From Octopus vulgaris (lineage: Eukaryota): a DNA stretch of 64,000 bases. Of this stretch, positions 48,780 to 60,814 are shown piece after piece; the first letter of the stretch is position 1; each line of letters opens with the position of its first letter. Location: positions 60,326,001-60,390,000 of the forward strand of contig OX597819.1 of the NCBI GenBank assembly GCA_951406725.2. Direction: 5' to 3'. The notes beneath the pieces are model-generated. The model saw only the letters and a program-made list of their open reading frames with translations, was not told where the DNA came from and did not search any database. A program made the translations under genes and the position numbers.

Positions 48780-50938
48780 TTTGCTTTTCTGTGTAAGCTT
48801 AATTGTTTAATTGTTTTTTTTTCCTTTCATATCTCAGTGTATTCGGTTAAATGCCCATGATCAAGGAAACTTGCGACCAAAGCCGTTTGAGTCCTCGCTA
48901 TCTCAGCGTTTTTGATAAAATAGGGACTTCATATTCAAGGTGGCCCTCTCTTTCTTCTTTCTTTTTTTTCTTTCTGCTTTGATTTTCAATTCGTTTAACT
49001 CAACTGGGTGTGATTTGAAGGAGATTTACCTCCTATTTCTAGTAGGTCTGTGATCGATCACATACTTGATCTGTATTTGACTTGAAAACAAAGTTAAAAA
49101 CAATCGGTGTTATGTCTCAGTGTTTGAATTAAGACCGCGTTTAAGTCTCTCAGTCAGAATAGTACTTCATTCAAAATCGGTGCCTGTGAGTAGAAGTAGT
49201 AGTTATAACGACAGTATAAACACAGTATTGTTATTTCATATTGATCTCTAGCACAGGCTTAAGGACTCACATTTTTAGAGGAGTCATTCTATTACTATTT
49301 CTATCATAATTCCATTCGCTTCACTTCTATAATGCTTTTTAGCAGTAGTTCGATTCGCCGTAATGCGGGTAGTATCTAAATGCATCACAGGTTTTTAAAA
49401 ATATAATTTAAAACTTTAGAAAATACATATTAATGCTTGAACGCCTTGGAAATTCATTTATCAATAATTCTGTTATACAGAAGTAAGAAAACAAAATAAG
49501 CAATAGGTCTCTACAATTTCCCCCCAAAATATATAACTTTAAAACGGTTATATTTCCCGTGCAAACTTAGTAATTTTTTTTATTTGGTCTCCGTTTTATT
49601 TGATCGATATCTAGAAGGATAAAAGGCAGCTCTGGTCATGATAGGATTTGAACTCAGAACAGAGAGATGTAATTAAATACTGCAATGCGTTTTTGTTTGT
49701 CACTCCACCGATTCAACAAATCCTCCGACTTCGTTTATAGTCATTGAGCGCACAATTGAACAATAAAGAAAGGAAGGAGTCAGTTCTCGAGATCGACTTT
49801 TCCTTTATTTCGTCGAGGTCAATCCAATCTACAAGTCGTATTATTACGAAATGCTGTCGTAAAGTTAATTTCAAAGAGAATTGTTTCGAGAGAATCACAA
49901 TTATTATTGAATAGCAAGGTGAAATGTCTCAACGACCATAAAGCATTTTCTAATTTTATCTTTTAATTTTATTTTGTTCTATTACAACAGCAAATAGTTT
50001 GCCAAGATAAGCAATCAAGGTTTCGATTTCCAGTTGAAACTATTCCAGTTTTTTTTTTTTTTTTTCCTTGAAACATAATAAAACTAAATAAAACTGATCA
50101 GCTGAATGGTGAGAACATCGGACTTTAGTGGTATTTACTCAGTCATGACCCTTTCTGTCCAGCGTTCAAATCTTGCCGAAGTAAATTTTGAATCTCGTTC
50201 TTCTGGAAGGTGATAAACTAAATTACTAGTTAAGTGCAGCACTGACTTAATATTCCTTTTTAAAAAATGTGAATGGAATTACAGTGGAAGATGAAGGGTT
50301 AATAAACTCAATGTTTTCTTTGCGTACGTGCGTGTGTGTGTTTTATAAGTTAACATAGCGAACTGGTTTCGGTTTCCGCTGGCAAACTGTTGTTTTCATT
50401 TCACTGTTGTTTTAAGAGACATACATGATCACCACAATAGCAATTGTTTTTCTCTCTCGATTCAAAAGAACTCGATATTTAACGTGCTAACAATCAAGTA
50501 AATATTTTGGGAGCAATGTGTGTAAGTAGTATGTTTAACGCAGTGAATTGTACGAAACACGCAGCTTTCAGTGTTGTGTAGTTATAGAAATTCCATTAAG
50601 AAATTTCTGTTGTAGTATTTCGACAAATGTTATGTGTCTGTGTGAGCGTTTGAATACACATGGTCGCTGTGTTGCGCATCATATCTATTTATCTATCTAT
50701 CAGATAGGTAGAGAGATTCACACATCTATACCGCTGTGTGTGTGTGTGTGTGTGATCACCTTGTTTATGTTCTGCAAATATATTTATTGTATTATATTAA
50801 AATTTAGTGATAATTCCAAAGTGTTGGAAATGTTTTCCGTTCCTCCTATCTCAGTCTTAATGCAATATAATAAATATCTATTCCTTTTCTTTTTCTTTCT
50901 TTGCTTCCCTCTCCTCAATAAAATACTGTATCACTGAA

Positions 50939-50969
<31 letters not shown>

Positions 50970-51057
50970 GTACGCAACATTTGAGATAAAACTATGCAGC
51001 TACAAGAAGTACACTTTCCTCCCACTTGTATTGTTTTATCGATATTGTTATAACGTT

Positions 51058-51480
51058 ATGCATCAAAAGTGAAAGTTAGGATGCTTTCGGCTTTATTGCC
51101 AAATACTGAGTGGCAACTATAGATATCAGCTGGTTGCGGGTCACGTGATCACGGCAGACAAGCTTGGGCAATTAAGAGAAGCTGAAATCTCGAAGAGAGA
51201 GGATATACGGAGGCAAAGAAGAAGCGAGAGAGAGCAGAGAAGAAGCAAGAGCAACTTCTGATGGAACCGAACACAATGCACCAAAAGTGAAAGTTAGGAT
51301 GCTTTCGGCTCTATTGCCAAATACTGAGTGACAACTATCAGCTGCTTGCGGGTCACGTGATCACAGCAGACAGCTTGGGCAATTAACTGAAGCTGAAATC
51401 TCGAAGAGACGGATATACAGAAGGAAAGAGGAAGAGAGAGCAGAGGAGCAGAAAGAGCAACTTAGATGGGAACCGAACAA
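51058..51480 (+). promoter_or_regulatory. Tandemly duplicated (218-bp period) promoter-proximal unit, each copy with a GGTCACGTGATC E-box
   Basis: Units start at 51058 and 51276. CACGTG at 51142-51147 and 51354-51359, directly upstream of a strong splice donor. Confidence 0.65.
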
Positions 51481-51598
51481 ACCGCATTTCAGGTCTAATT
51501 GCTGCTTTGCTAAATGCCAAAAAAAGACACGGATATTGTGCGGTCGCCGTTGTCACCGTTAAACATGCGACATTATTTACCAACGAGAAGTGCCCTCG
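51480..51598 (+). other. Probable 5' exon of the CBM21 gene (start uncertain); intron 51599-52625
   Basis: CG|GTAAGT donor at 51599. Long T-rich tract with TTTAG acceptor ending at 52625, 26 nt before the ATG. Confidence 0.55.
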
Positions 51599-52011
51599 GT
51601 AAGTAACTGAATTTTGACAGTGCATTCAGTTCCAGTTAGTAATCGAATCTTGCAGTAGATTTTTTTGTTGTTGTTTTTTTCCTATGCGTGCTCTCTCTCT
51701 TTCTCTCTCTCTCTTCGGGTAGATATATGGCATTTAAAATTTTTTTTATTTTAATGAGTTTTTGGTCAGTGTCTGAAAGACGAAGGGTTAAAATGGTGCA
51801 GTGAGTGTATAATGGATTGTGCCGCTACAAGTGAATCTAGAACTCATCTCACGTAAAAAAATAAAAACCGACTCTATACCCATATCTCTTTTAATGTCGC
51901 CCCACAGTAATAACGTTGCTTGTTTATATTACTGCATGTATGATTGCATGTATGATTTATTAATTATAATCTCATCACGGTCATTGATAGAAGAATGCTA
52001 GAGAGTGTGTG

Positions 52012-52048
<37 letters not shown>

Positions 52049-52651
52049 GACTGGGTATATTAGTAGGTAAAGCTATACGGGTACTCAAGAGGAATGTGTT
52101 AAGGAATCTACTAATTATGATAATAAAAACATTGCTTTACATAATACTAACAGGTAAAAAAAAATTGACAGTGACGGAATGTAAAATTAAAACTAAAACG
52201 ATATAATTAGAGAGAGAAAAAATACGCTTTTATGTACGTAAATTGTGGATCGAACAATTTCCGTTTCACATTTTTTATCGATTACTTTTCCGTTTTCAAG
52301 GTAGTAATTTCATTGATAAAATTACATTATCGTTATTTCTTATTGGATATGATGTTTCCCCCTCTTCATCATTATAATATTCATCAAAATTTTAATTTTA
52401 ATTTTGTGGGAAGGATGATTGTGTCTACTGGTGCCGTTCAACAGGTCTATTATAAACACATGTCTGCGCTAGCGATGCTGTGTTAGTGTTGTAGAGAAAA
52501 ACATCAGTGACCTTGACGTTGCTTCCTGGCAGTGTAGTTTACCTCAAGGACGTTTATTTTCGGCATTGCCGAACGTGGTTTTTGTTTGTCGCAAAATTTT
52601 TATTGTGTTTGTTTTATTTTTTTAGATTCTTCTGTGTAATAATAAAGAAGA

Positions 52652-55600
52652 ATGGGGAATTATTTCTCTCGTATGGGATGTTGTCATGCTGATGACGATG
52701 AACACGGTGACTTTTCAAAACCCGCGGCGAAGCCCCTGGAGGAGAAGACACCGATCGCTGCTTCGTTAAAACCTCACGATCTCCATATTATTGAAAGACA
52801 GCCTGAATCGAGTAATGAAGAAAAGACGCACAGTTTTGAGAAAATTAACGTGCTCCTTGCTTCGCCGACAAAAATTTGTGCACATTCTAATAAAAACTCC
52901 AATGCAAATCCACTAATTCATCCGGTCTACACGAAACCTCCAACTGCTATTGCAGGATATAGCGAGGATCCTATGATAAAAGAGCTCAAAGAACGATTTA
53001 AAAACAGATCTCTTTCCAAGTCTATTGAGGATGGCAGCCCTGATATCAATGACCGTCAACCAATCCTTTCGAAAAAGTGTGGTGGAACACCATTGAAAGC
53101 TTATGTATCTTATACAACTGAACAAGGACAATTAGACCAACCAGATTTCATTAGAGAAAAGACACCAAATGATGAATTTTGTACCCGTTTTGCCAGAGAG
53201 GAGACCCCTCCTTTTATCGAAGTAAGGTTGTCACCTGTTATTGAACTTACTCCCACAGTTGCTAAAATAATAGAAACGAAGCCTGAAGTCTCACAAAACT
53301 GTGTCTGTTTAGAACAGCCCAAACGTCTCAACACTGCCAATGTTGATCCACCAGAGAAGATTCATGAATCAGTCCTTGTTGACATTGCAAATGGAAGTGT
53401 ACTGGATAGTCTCCGAAATCAATCTTTCACTTTTAAAGAAGATGAAACCAATGATAAACCCAAGGTATTAGATTATATTAACGAGGGTTTTAAACATAGC
53501 TCTGGCTCACTGCATAAAGAAGAGATGACAATTATTAAAAGAGATTCAAATGGAGGTTATAAGGTTTTCAAGGAATGCATTGTTTCTACTTTGGTACACA
53601 ACAATGAAGCATTTACAGACAGTTCTCAGTCCCTGACAGATAAATGGGATATGACTCCAGGTTATGATGATTATCCATATCACAAATCAGCTAATAATAG
53701 AGGCGAACCAAAATTCCAAATCAGCACAGACAGTTCTTATACAGCATTAGATGAAGACAAAATGGTCCAAGTGCGTGTTGTGGACAATCCACTTTCAGAG
53801 GAATCTTATGATCTTTGTTCTTTTGATGGCTATCATAATGTCCCAGAAAAACAACAATTACTTCCTCAAGACTCACGTACTTACCTTTGGGAAGATGACG
53901 ATGAACATGATGCTGATGATGAAGAAACATTCCTTGAGTCTACACCACCTATACAAAGTAAAAGAAATTGCCAGCTATCTACTGATTCAGAAACTGTGTG
54001 TTCTACAGACCTTTTCCTTCCTGATTCTGACAGTTCCCATGATTCCCTGACACCAGAGAATAAATTGATGGAATTTTCTTCTCCAACAAATATATCAGAT
54101 TTTGCAGATAAGACTGTGTCAAGCTGCATTGACAATGCTCAAAAATGTATTTCTCAAAATGAAACAACCCAAGAAAGTTTCAGAGAATATCCACTGAAAT
54201 CCTTTGGAAAATATATTCTTGATAAAAAAGTGTCATTTGAAGATGAACTAGCAAATAATAATGCTTCCACTAATTTTGACACCACATCTGATTCAGTTGA
54301 CCTGCCCCCAGAAGAAGAACAGATCCAGAGAGAGACATCATTTGAAAATGATGCCCCATCTTTTTCACCCAGTGAATGCTCTTCTTCTACATTTCCATAT
54401 GATAATGATGGAGATGTAGAAAAAACACAGGATGACAGAAAAGATAGTCAAAATGGGAACCATTTAAACAGAGCTACACCAGATAATAACGATCAACGAG
54501 AAAATGAAAACGATAACGAATTTCCGTCCCCTCCTGAGGAATTTCTTGAATTTCGAGAACTTCTTGAAAAAGAAGGATTCAGCAAGGAAGAGTTTATGAG
54601 TGTCAGTGAAACAGGAGGTGAATTATTGGATCTGAATGAAGAAAATATTTATTTCCAGAGAGATGGTTCTCATTCTTTAGATATTAGTGAAGACACTAAT
54701 TTGCTTGCAAATCTGAATGAGTCACATTTCCTGGAAGAAGCAATATCTCATTCATCTGGTTACGATGATCGTTCCGTAGAGAATGAGCGAATTTCCCTCC
54801 TAGACAACAATGAACAACTTCTTGCATCTTATGACAGTGATTCCTTCCAGCATGGAGGACATGTTTCATATGATAATGATTTATTAGATCAATCAATTAC
54901 AAGTGATTATTATTCATCTGGTGATAGAGATCAACATTTTTCTGAATTTTCTCAGTTCTCTTTGAAAGGCAATGAAAAAAGATTTGCAGTTTTAGAAGGA
55001 TCCAGTGGTCACAGTAGCCAAGACGAAGTAACAGATGCTGATGTTAAAACTGGCACAACACATCCATCGTTTAAAAAGAAACCTCAAATACCACACTCAG
55101 CTCCAATGATTAACAGGAGTGGATCCTTTGAATTTGAAGACATTGCTAAAGATTTATCGACATTTAAAAGAGATATTTCCCTCAATAGTGATACTGATGC
55201 CTCATGTTCATCACCTGTATCAGACGTAAGAGTTGATTTGTTGAGTAAAGTCAGGCACCCTTCATCTCAGAAACAAAATAATTCAAATAATGAAAACAAA
55301 ACTGAAAGCAAATTACCTCGAATGATGTCACACGAACTTGAATGTTTCAGCTTAAGTGATCCCGAAGAGAAAAAAGTGATACTTGAACCTGATTTTGGTT
55401 ATCCTATTGCCAAAACTGATGCATTACAAAGGCAAGAATCAGAGTCAGAGAAAGGACCAACGAAAGCAAAGTCTGACAATGAATTACCAAGTGATGAAAC
55501 CACAGACAATATCAAACATGAATTCACTGAAGAAAATATTCTAGATTCATCAACGGATTCTACCAGTGACCCTTCATGTATACAGCTTCAAGACCCAACA

Positions 55601-56980
55601 ACTGAAACCACACTGTCAGAAAATAAAGACAAAGAGGCTGAAGACAGTGGTTGTTCAATAGATAAAAGTTCCAAAATTAAAGAGGTTTTAGAAACAAAAG
55701 AAATTCTTGCTAAATCTTTGAAAGAAAATGAAAATCAAATTGAAACTGATGACAGTGAACTTTTGCCATCACCAAAGCTTAGACGTCAGTCAACATTGAA
55801 AACTAGTGAGATGTTTTCAATGGCTTTAATGGAGGAATTACAGGAAGAACTCAGCTCAGATGCTCAATCAGATCGATCCAAATGTTCCATCAGTTCAGAT
55901 ATTCCAAAGATTGTAATGACATCACCAAATGGATCCACAACATCATCATCATCACCTAGAAGTTCTCAGATAGATTTGTCCAGTTCAAATGATAAAGAGG
56001 CGCCGGCAACTCAACAAATCTTTTCTCTACGCTTCCGTCAACCAGCTGCTGACTATGTCACATTTCGTAACAGACTTGAAACGACATATGTTTCACTTGA
56101 AAATGTTCTCCTTCGAAATAACATAATTCTTGGAACTGTGAAAATAAAACCAATGGGTAATAAGAAATCTGTTTTTCTCCGTTGCTCATTTAATCTTTGG
56201 GAGACATCCGTAGATATTCCTGCCACACATACCCCTAGCAGCTTCCCGAATCAATATGAAACTTTTAGCTTTGCCTTAACCATGCCAGTGTCCTTCGAAG
56301 AAATCATGCATGTTGTTTTTGCAGTTTGCTACAAAAGTGATGATCAGACTTATTGGGACAATAACGACAATAAGAACTATGAAATAGTATCAACCCATAC
56401 TATTCAGCAAGAAATGCTTTCCAAATTCCGTTCAAGTGAAACTGAAGCTGTGTTACCAAAATGCTACCCAAGTGTGTTGAAGAAAGGTGTGACATCTTTC
56501 TCAAGTAATTCCTCTTGGGATGTGGCTTCATCTATAAAAGAAACCAAACATATTAGAAAATCAGCTATTTGCTTGAATGTTTCTAAACCTGCTGCTGATT
56601 ATGTCACTTTTAAAAGCCGCCTTGAGAGAGACTTTGTAGCTTTAGAACACGTTTTTAATAAGGACTTCATGTTAACTGGTAGCATCAAAGTTAAAAATTT
56701 AAATGTAAAGAAAACCGTATTTATACGATGCAGTTTTGATGGATGGAAGACTTGCATAGATGTACCTGCTAGCTTGTCTAATACAGAATACACATATCCA
56801 TATGAAACGTACACCTTTGAAATGAATGTACCAACAGTTTTTAATACTAAAATGCAGTTTGCGGTTTGTTATCAAGCTGGTGATAATGTCTTTTGGGACA
56901 ATAACGGTGATAAAAACTATCAAATTTGTTTTTTCGATATGTATGCTAAAATGCAAGTTGACCCCTGGAAAGGACAGTAG
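52652..56980 (+). CDS. PPP1R3-like glycogen-targeting protein with two tandem CBM21 domains (1442 aa)
   Basis: Uninterrupted 4.3-kb ORF. Two repeats (aa ~1124-1245 and ~1306-1425) carry CBM21 hallmarks (PAADY..F..RL....V.LE, G.(V/I)K(I/V)K...KK.VF.RCSF..W, FAVCY.....(Y/F)WDNN..KNY). RVxF-type KKVSF at aa 525-529. Confidence 0.93.
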   Translation: MGNYFSRMGCCHADDDEHGDFSKPAAKPLEEKTPIAASLKPHDLHIIERQPESSNEEKTHSFEKINVLLASPTKICAHSNKNSNANPLIHPVYTKPPTAIAGYSEDPMIKELKERFKNRSLSKSIEDGSPDINDRQPILSKKCGGTPLKAYVSYTTEQGQLDQPDFIREKTPNDEFCTRFAREETPPFIEVRLSPVIELTPTVAKIIETKPEVSQNCVCLEQPKRLNTANVDPPEKIHESVLVDIANGSVLDSLRNQSFTFKEDETNDKPKVLDYINEGFKHSSGSLHKEEMTIIKRDSNGGYKVFKECIVSTLVHNNEAFTDSSQSLTDKWDMTPGYDDYPYHKSANNRGEPKFQISTDSSYTALDEDKMVQVRVVDNPLSEESYDLCSFDGYHNVPEKQQLLPQDSRTYLWEDDDEHDADDEETFLESTPPIQSKRNCQLSTDSETVCSTDLFLPDSDSSHDSLTPENKLMEFSSPTNISDFADKTVSSCIDNAQKCISQNETTQESFREYPLKSFGKYILDKKVSFEDELANNNASTNFDTTSDSVDLPPEEEQIQRETSFENDAPSFSPSECSSSTFPYDNDGDVEKTQDDRKDSQNGNHLNRATPDNNDQRENENDNEFPSPPEEFLEFRELLEKEGFSKEEFMSVSETGGELLDLNEENIYFQRDGSHSLDISEDTNLLANLNESHFLEEAISHSSGYDDRSVENERISLLDNNEQLLASYDSDSFQHGGHVSYDNDLLDQSITSDYYSSGDRDQHFSEFSQFSLKGNEKRFAVLEGSSGHSSQDEVTDADVKTGTTHPSFKKKPQIPHSAPMINRSGSFEFEDIAKDLSTFKRDISLNSDTDASCSSPVSDVRVDLLSKVRHPSSQKQNNSNNENKTESKLPRMMSHELECFSLSDPEEKKVILEPDFGYPIAKTDALQRQESESEKGPTKAKSDNELPSDETTDNIKHEFTEENILDSSTDSTSDPSCIQLQDPTTETTLSENKDKEAEDSGCSIDKSSKIKEVLETKEILAKSLKENENQIETDDSELLPSPKLRRQSTLKTSEMFSMALMEELQEELSSDAQSDRSKCSISSDIPKIVMTSPNGSTTSSSSPRSSQIDLSSSNDKEAPATQQIFSLRFRQPAADYVTFRNRLETTYVSLENVLLRNNIILGTVKIKPMGNKKSVFLRCSFNLWETSVDIPATHTPSSFPNQYETFSFALTMPVSFEEIMHVVFAVCYKSDDQTYWDNNDNKNYEIVSTHTIQQEMLSKFRSSETEAVLPKCYPSVLKKGVTSFSSNSSWDVASSIKETKHIRKSAICLNVSKPAADYVTFKSRLERDFVALEHVFNKDFMLTGSIKVKNLNVKKTVFIRCSFDGWKTCIDVPASLSNTEYTYPYETYTFEMNVPTVFNTKMQFAVCYQAGDNVFWDNNGDKNYQICFFDMYAKMQVDPWKGQ

Positions 56981-58571
56981 GTTGTTAATTTATTTTGTTT
57001 AGAATCACATTCTTAATTTATCTTGGTTATAGGGGCCCAATACATTAAACATGAAAGGAAAAAAAAAAGACATTTTCTTTCAAAACTAGAAGAAAACAAA
57101 ACCATAACAAAAACTATATATATTGCTTGCTTTTTTTTTTTTAAATAATTAAGATTATGTTTATTATTAAAAGTTTATTTTTTGCAAACTATCTGTGATT
57201 ATGTAACTTATGTAAACCTAGTATTTTAGCACCAAGCAGACATTTAAAGCAGCTTCACCATTGTTACCGAAATAATATTTCTCCCATCCCACCACAAATT
57301 CCTTTACATATTTATTTTTCACATTTTGAATATTTATTTCTTTTTGTGCTGTTTCAATCCCTGTTGTTTTACTTGATTCAACTCTCTGCAAAACATAAAT
57401 GTTTTATAACATTGAGCTGCAACAACAGTAAGAGACATGATCTGTGCAACTTACAGATTCAATCAATCAAGTTTTATTCATAGCTACCTCTAAAGTCTAC
57501 ATTTAATCTTTCATTTAATTTTCAATTATTATATACCTTGGATTACTGCATATCTTAGAATAACGCCGATTGTTCTTTTATTAAAATACTATTTCAATGA
57601 AATGTGCAAAATGGATAAGAAAAAAGAAAAAAAAAACAAAACAAGTAAATTAAGTTATCTTTGAAATTGCTTAAACCAGAATGCTATTTTGTGATCTAAA
57701 TTTCAAACAGAAGTCTTGTTTCTTCTTTTAATAAAAACCAGTTTTTAGCATATCGCTAAATGAAAATCAAAACAAAGAAAATTTGCTAAACTTGTTAAAT
57801 GGTAAAAATGAAATAATGACATCTAGTATGGTAAACCCCTTTCCAGAAATATTTGGTTCCTGGATTAAAATAATTAAAATAACTAATTGTTTTACAATTA
57901 AAAGATTGCTGGATTTATACAGCATTTATACAGAAATATTAATAATGTCTCACAAAAGTGAATAAGCAATCACTCTTGATTAATGCTAATTAATTACTCT
58001 ATAACAAACCCAAACAGTGAAAAATGAATCCATAATAATAATAATAATTATAAAAACATGGAATTTTTCTGGACAAATAACTTCTGCAGAGAAAAAGCTC
58101 TCACTATTTATACACACACACACACGTATGTATGTATAAATTCTATATACCAGAGTATGTTCAAATAATTCACATATTTCATCAGTAAGAATGCCTTCTT
58201 TGAAATATTTTTGCGATTCTTTTAGGGGAACAAACAAGAAATGATAGACGAACATAAAATCAAATCCCGTTCAACTGAATAACTGATGTAAATAATCAGC
58301 AAATAAAATGTAGCCATTCTGGAGTAAAATATAATTTCTGTCATGAAGGGAAAAAGGTGAAAAATTCTCTTTAGAAGCTGCTCCTGTCAGAGAAACAAAA
58401 ATTTCAAACCAAGAGTAGCAACTCCTGCCAATAATAATTTAAATGGTGAGTTTAAATCGAGTGAAGGATAAAAACTTCGATGGAAGTTAAGGTAAACAGC
58501 ACAAAATGTTATTTAAATTATGTGTGATTATGTGTATATACATATATGCATTACATATATGTGTGTGTATG

Positions 58572-58610
<39 letters not shown>

Positions 58611-59480
58611 GTATGTGTATGTATATAAATATATGTATGTATAAGTATGTGTATATAACTATGTATATAAGAAAAACAATAATACATAATATAAACACCA
58701 CTCATCTATTAATCTACTGAGCAGGAGTGATATATCTGCATCAAGGTTTCAAATCTGAGTTCTTGCAACTTACCAATGCAAAAAAAAAAAACAAAAAAAA
58801 AACAACAAAGTTTTGTATTGTAAGTTGCTCCTCAGAGCCATATTCTTTGATGGGGAATTTGTATAGAATGCCTTTCAATCTGTTTTGAGGCATGATCCTG
58901 CTTTTGTGGAGTTCACTTACACTCTTACACTACTGTCTTTCAGGAACATTTGAAAGCATGTATTCACCTTGAAAATAATCCTTTTGTTAATCCAAATTAA
59001 AATTTGATGAGCTTTTTTGGGTAATTGCTCATCAAACAAGTTACTCACTACATATAATATATATATGTATATATATATGTATGTATATACACATATACTC
59101 ATGCATACATAAACACATACTTTGTTTGTTAAGTTGTTGCCACTGTTGATTCAAATTTAGATTGTTCTTCTAAATAAATTATATTTCTTAAAAGGATGTT
59201 AATTTTATCTATTTTATATTGTTTCTACAGTGATTGGGGAAAGGGGGATTATTTTACATTCATGTTACTAAATTATTAATTTTTACTTTTAACAGTTTGT
59301 TACACATTTTTGTCACACATCATAAATAAAAACTTATAATGTTTGCTTGTTACTTTTTTTTCCCTATGTCTGACTAGTGAAAGTACTGTAAATAATTTTC
59401 CTCTCAAAATAAAATTGCAAAATAAACATAATTTTTAAATGTTTATGAAAATGGCTTTATTCTGTATACAAATAAATTAT
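56981..59480 (+). other. Probable long AU-rich 3' UTR
   Basis: SINE-free AT-rich stretch after the stop, with AATAAA hexamers clustered near 59325-59476. True end unknown. Confidence 0.35.
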
Positions 59481-60375
59481 ATGTTTATAGTTGAAAAAAT
59501 TTGGTTGATTAATACCATAAAAACTACAAGCAAATGCTGTCAGGATTAACTTCTTTGTTACCATATTACCATGTTCAAATATACCTTTGTTTTTAATCAA
59601 TTTTGTAAATAATGATAAATAACTGTCGTATTTAACACCTTTTCAAACAAACCATTTTAAGGTAATCTAAGTTAAAACCTTTCATTAAATTTCAATGCCA
59701 GTTTAAGTTCCAGACAAATTTACTTTACTGACATATTTCAATGGAAATATAAGAAATGGGTTAAAGCGGATGTTTGAAGCATAAATTAAGAAATTTTGAT
59801 GGAAGGTTTTAAATCTTGATCACTTCAAAATAGGAAATTTGTGTCAGAACAAAGGAAATCTCAGGCAGGATGGCATCAAAAAGTTAAAATATTCGACTCA
59901 GAAAGGGAAAACTTGGTCATACAATTATTACTGACATATCTCAGACATGGTTTTGGTTAATTTGAGATTGCGGAACTTAAAAATCATTTAGATTTTCACC
60001 CCATTATATCAGTTTTTGTTTTACAACATTTTCCATTTTATTAATAATTATCTTTGAAAGTACCCAACTGTATTAATACTGTCCTGTAACACAACATATT
60101 TTAGTCCCTTAGATATTAATCCTATCTTTCGGTACATTTTAGGTACCATCAGTCCTATCCTATCAGCTCTAGTTTTGTAGATACAGCTTACATCTTTATA
60201 TGCTGAAGTATCTAATCTTATGTTGAAACTGGAGACTTCAGTTGCACCTTGCATTCAGGGACCTTAATCTATTCTTGAGTAAATTTTTAGACATTGATTC
60301 CAAAAATGTCATCAATTTTGCCGTATTAACTCTAAATAATTAATGATATACTACTTTGATACATAAATAGCAATA

Positions 60376-60745
60376 GGCATAGGAGTGGCTGTGTGGTAAG
60401 TAGCTTGCTTACCAACCACATGGTTCCAGGTTCAGTCCCACTACGTGGCACCTTGGGCAAGTGTCTTCTACTATAGCAAAGCCTTGTGAGTGGATTTGGT
60501 AGATGGAAACTGAAAGAAGCCCGTCGTATATATGTATATATGTGTGTGTGTATGTTTGTATGTCTGTTTGTACCCCCAACATCACTTGACAACCGATGGT
60601 GGTATGTATAAGTCTCCATAACTTAGCAGTTCGGTAAAAGAGACTGATAGAATAAGTACTAGGCTTACAAAGAATAAGTCCTGGGGTCGATTTGCTTGAC
60701 TAAAGGCAGTACTCCAGCATGGCCACAGTCAAATGAGTAAAGAGT
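60376..60745 (+). mobile_element. SINE family A
   Basis: A/B boxes, core and tail, with a small internal deletion. Confidence 0.87.
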
Positions 60746-60814
60746 ATGAATTATTAAAATTTGGATAAGATGGACAAATATCATCCTAAATATTGCTGTC
60801 TCAAGTCTTAGGAC

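Noticed and set aside
52913-56956. Antisense and alternate-frame ORFs within the large CDS
   Set aside because: Short shadow ORFs with no independent support.
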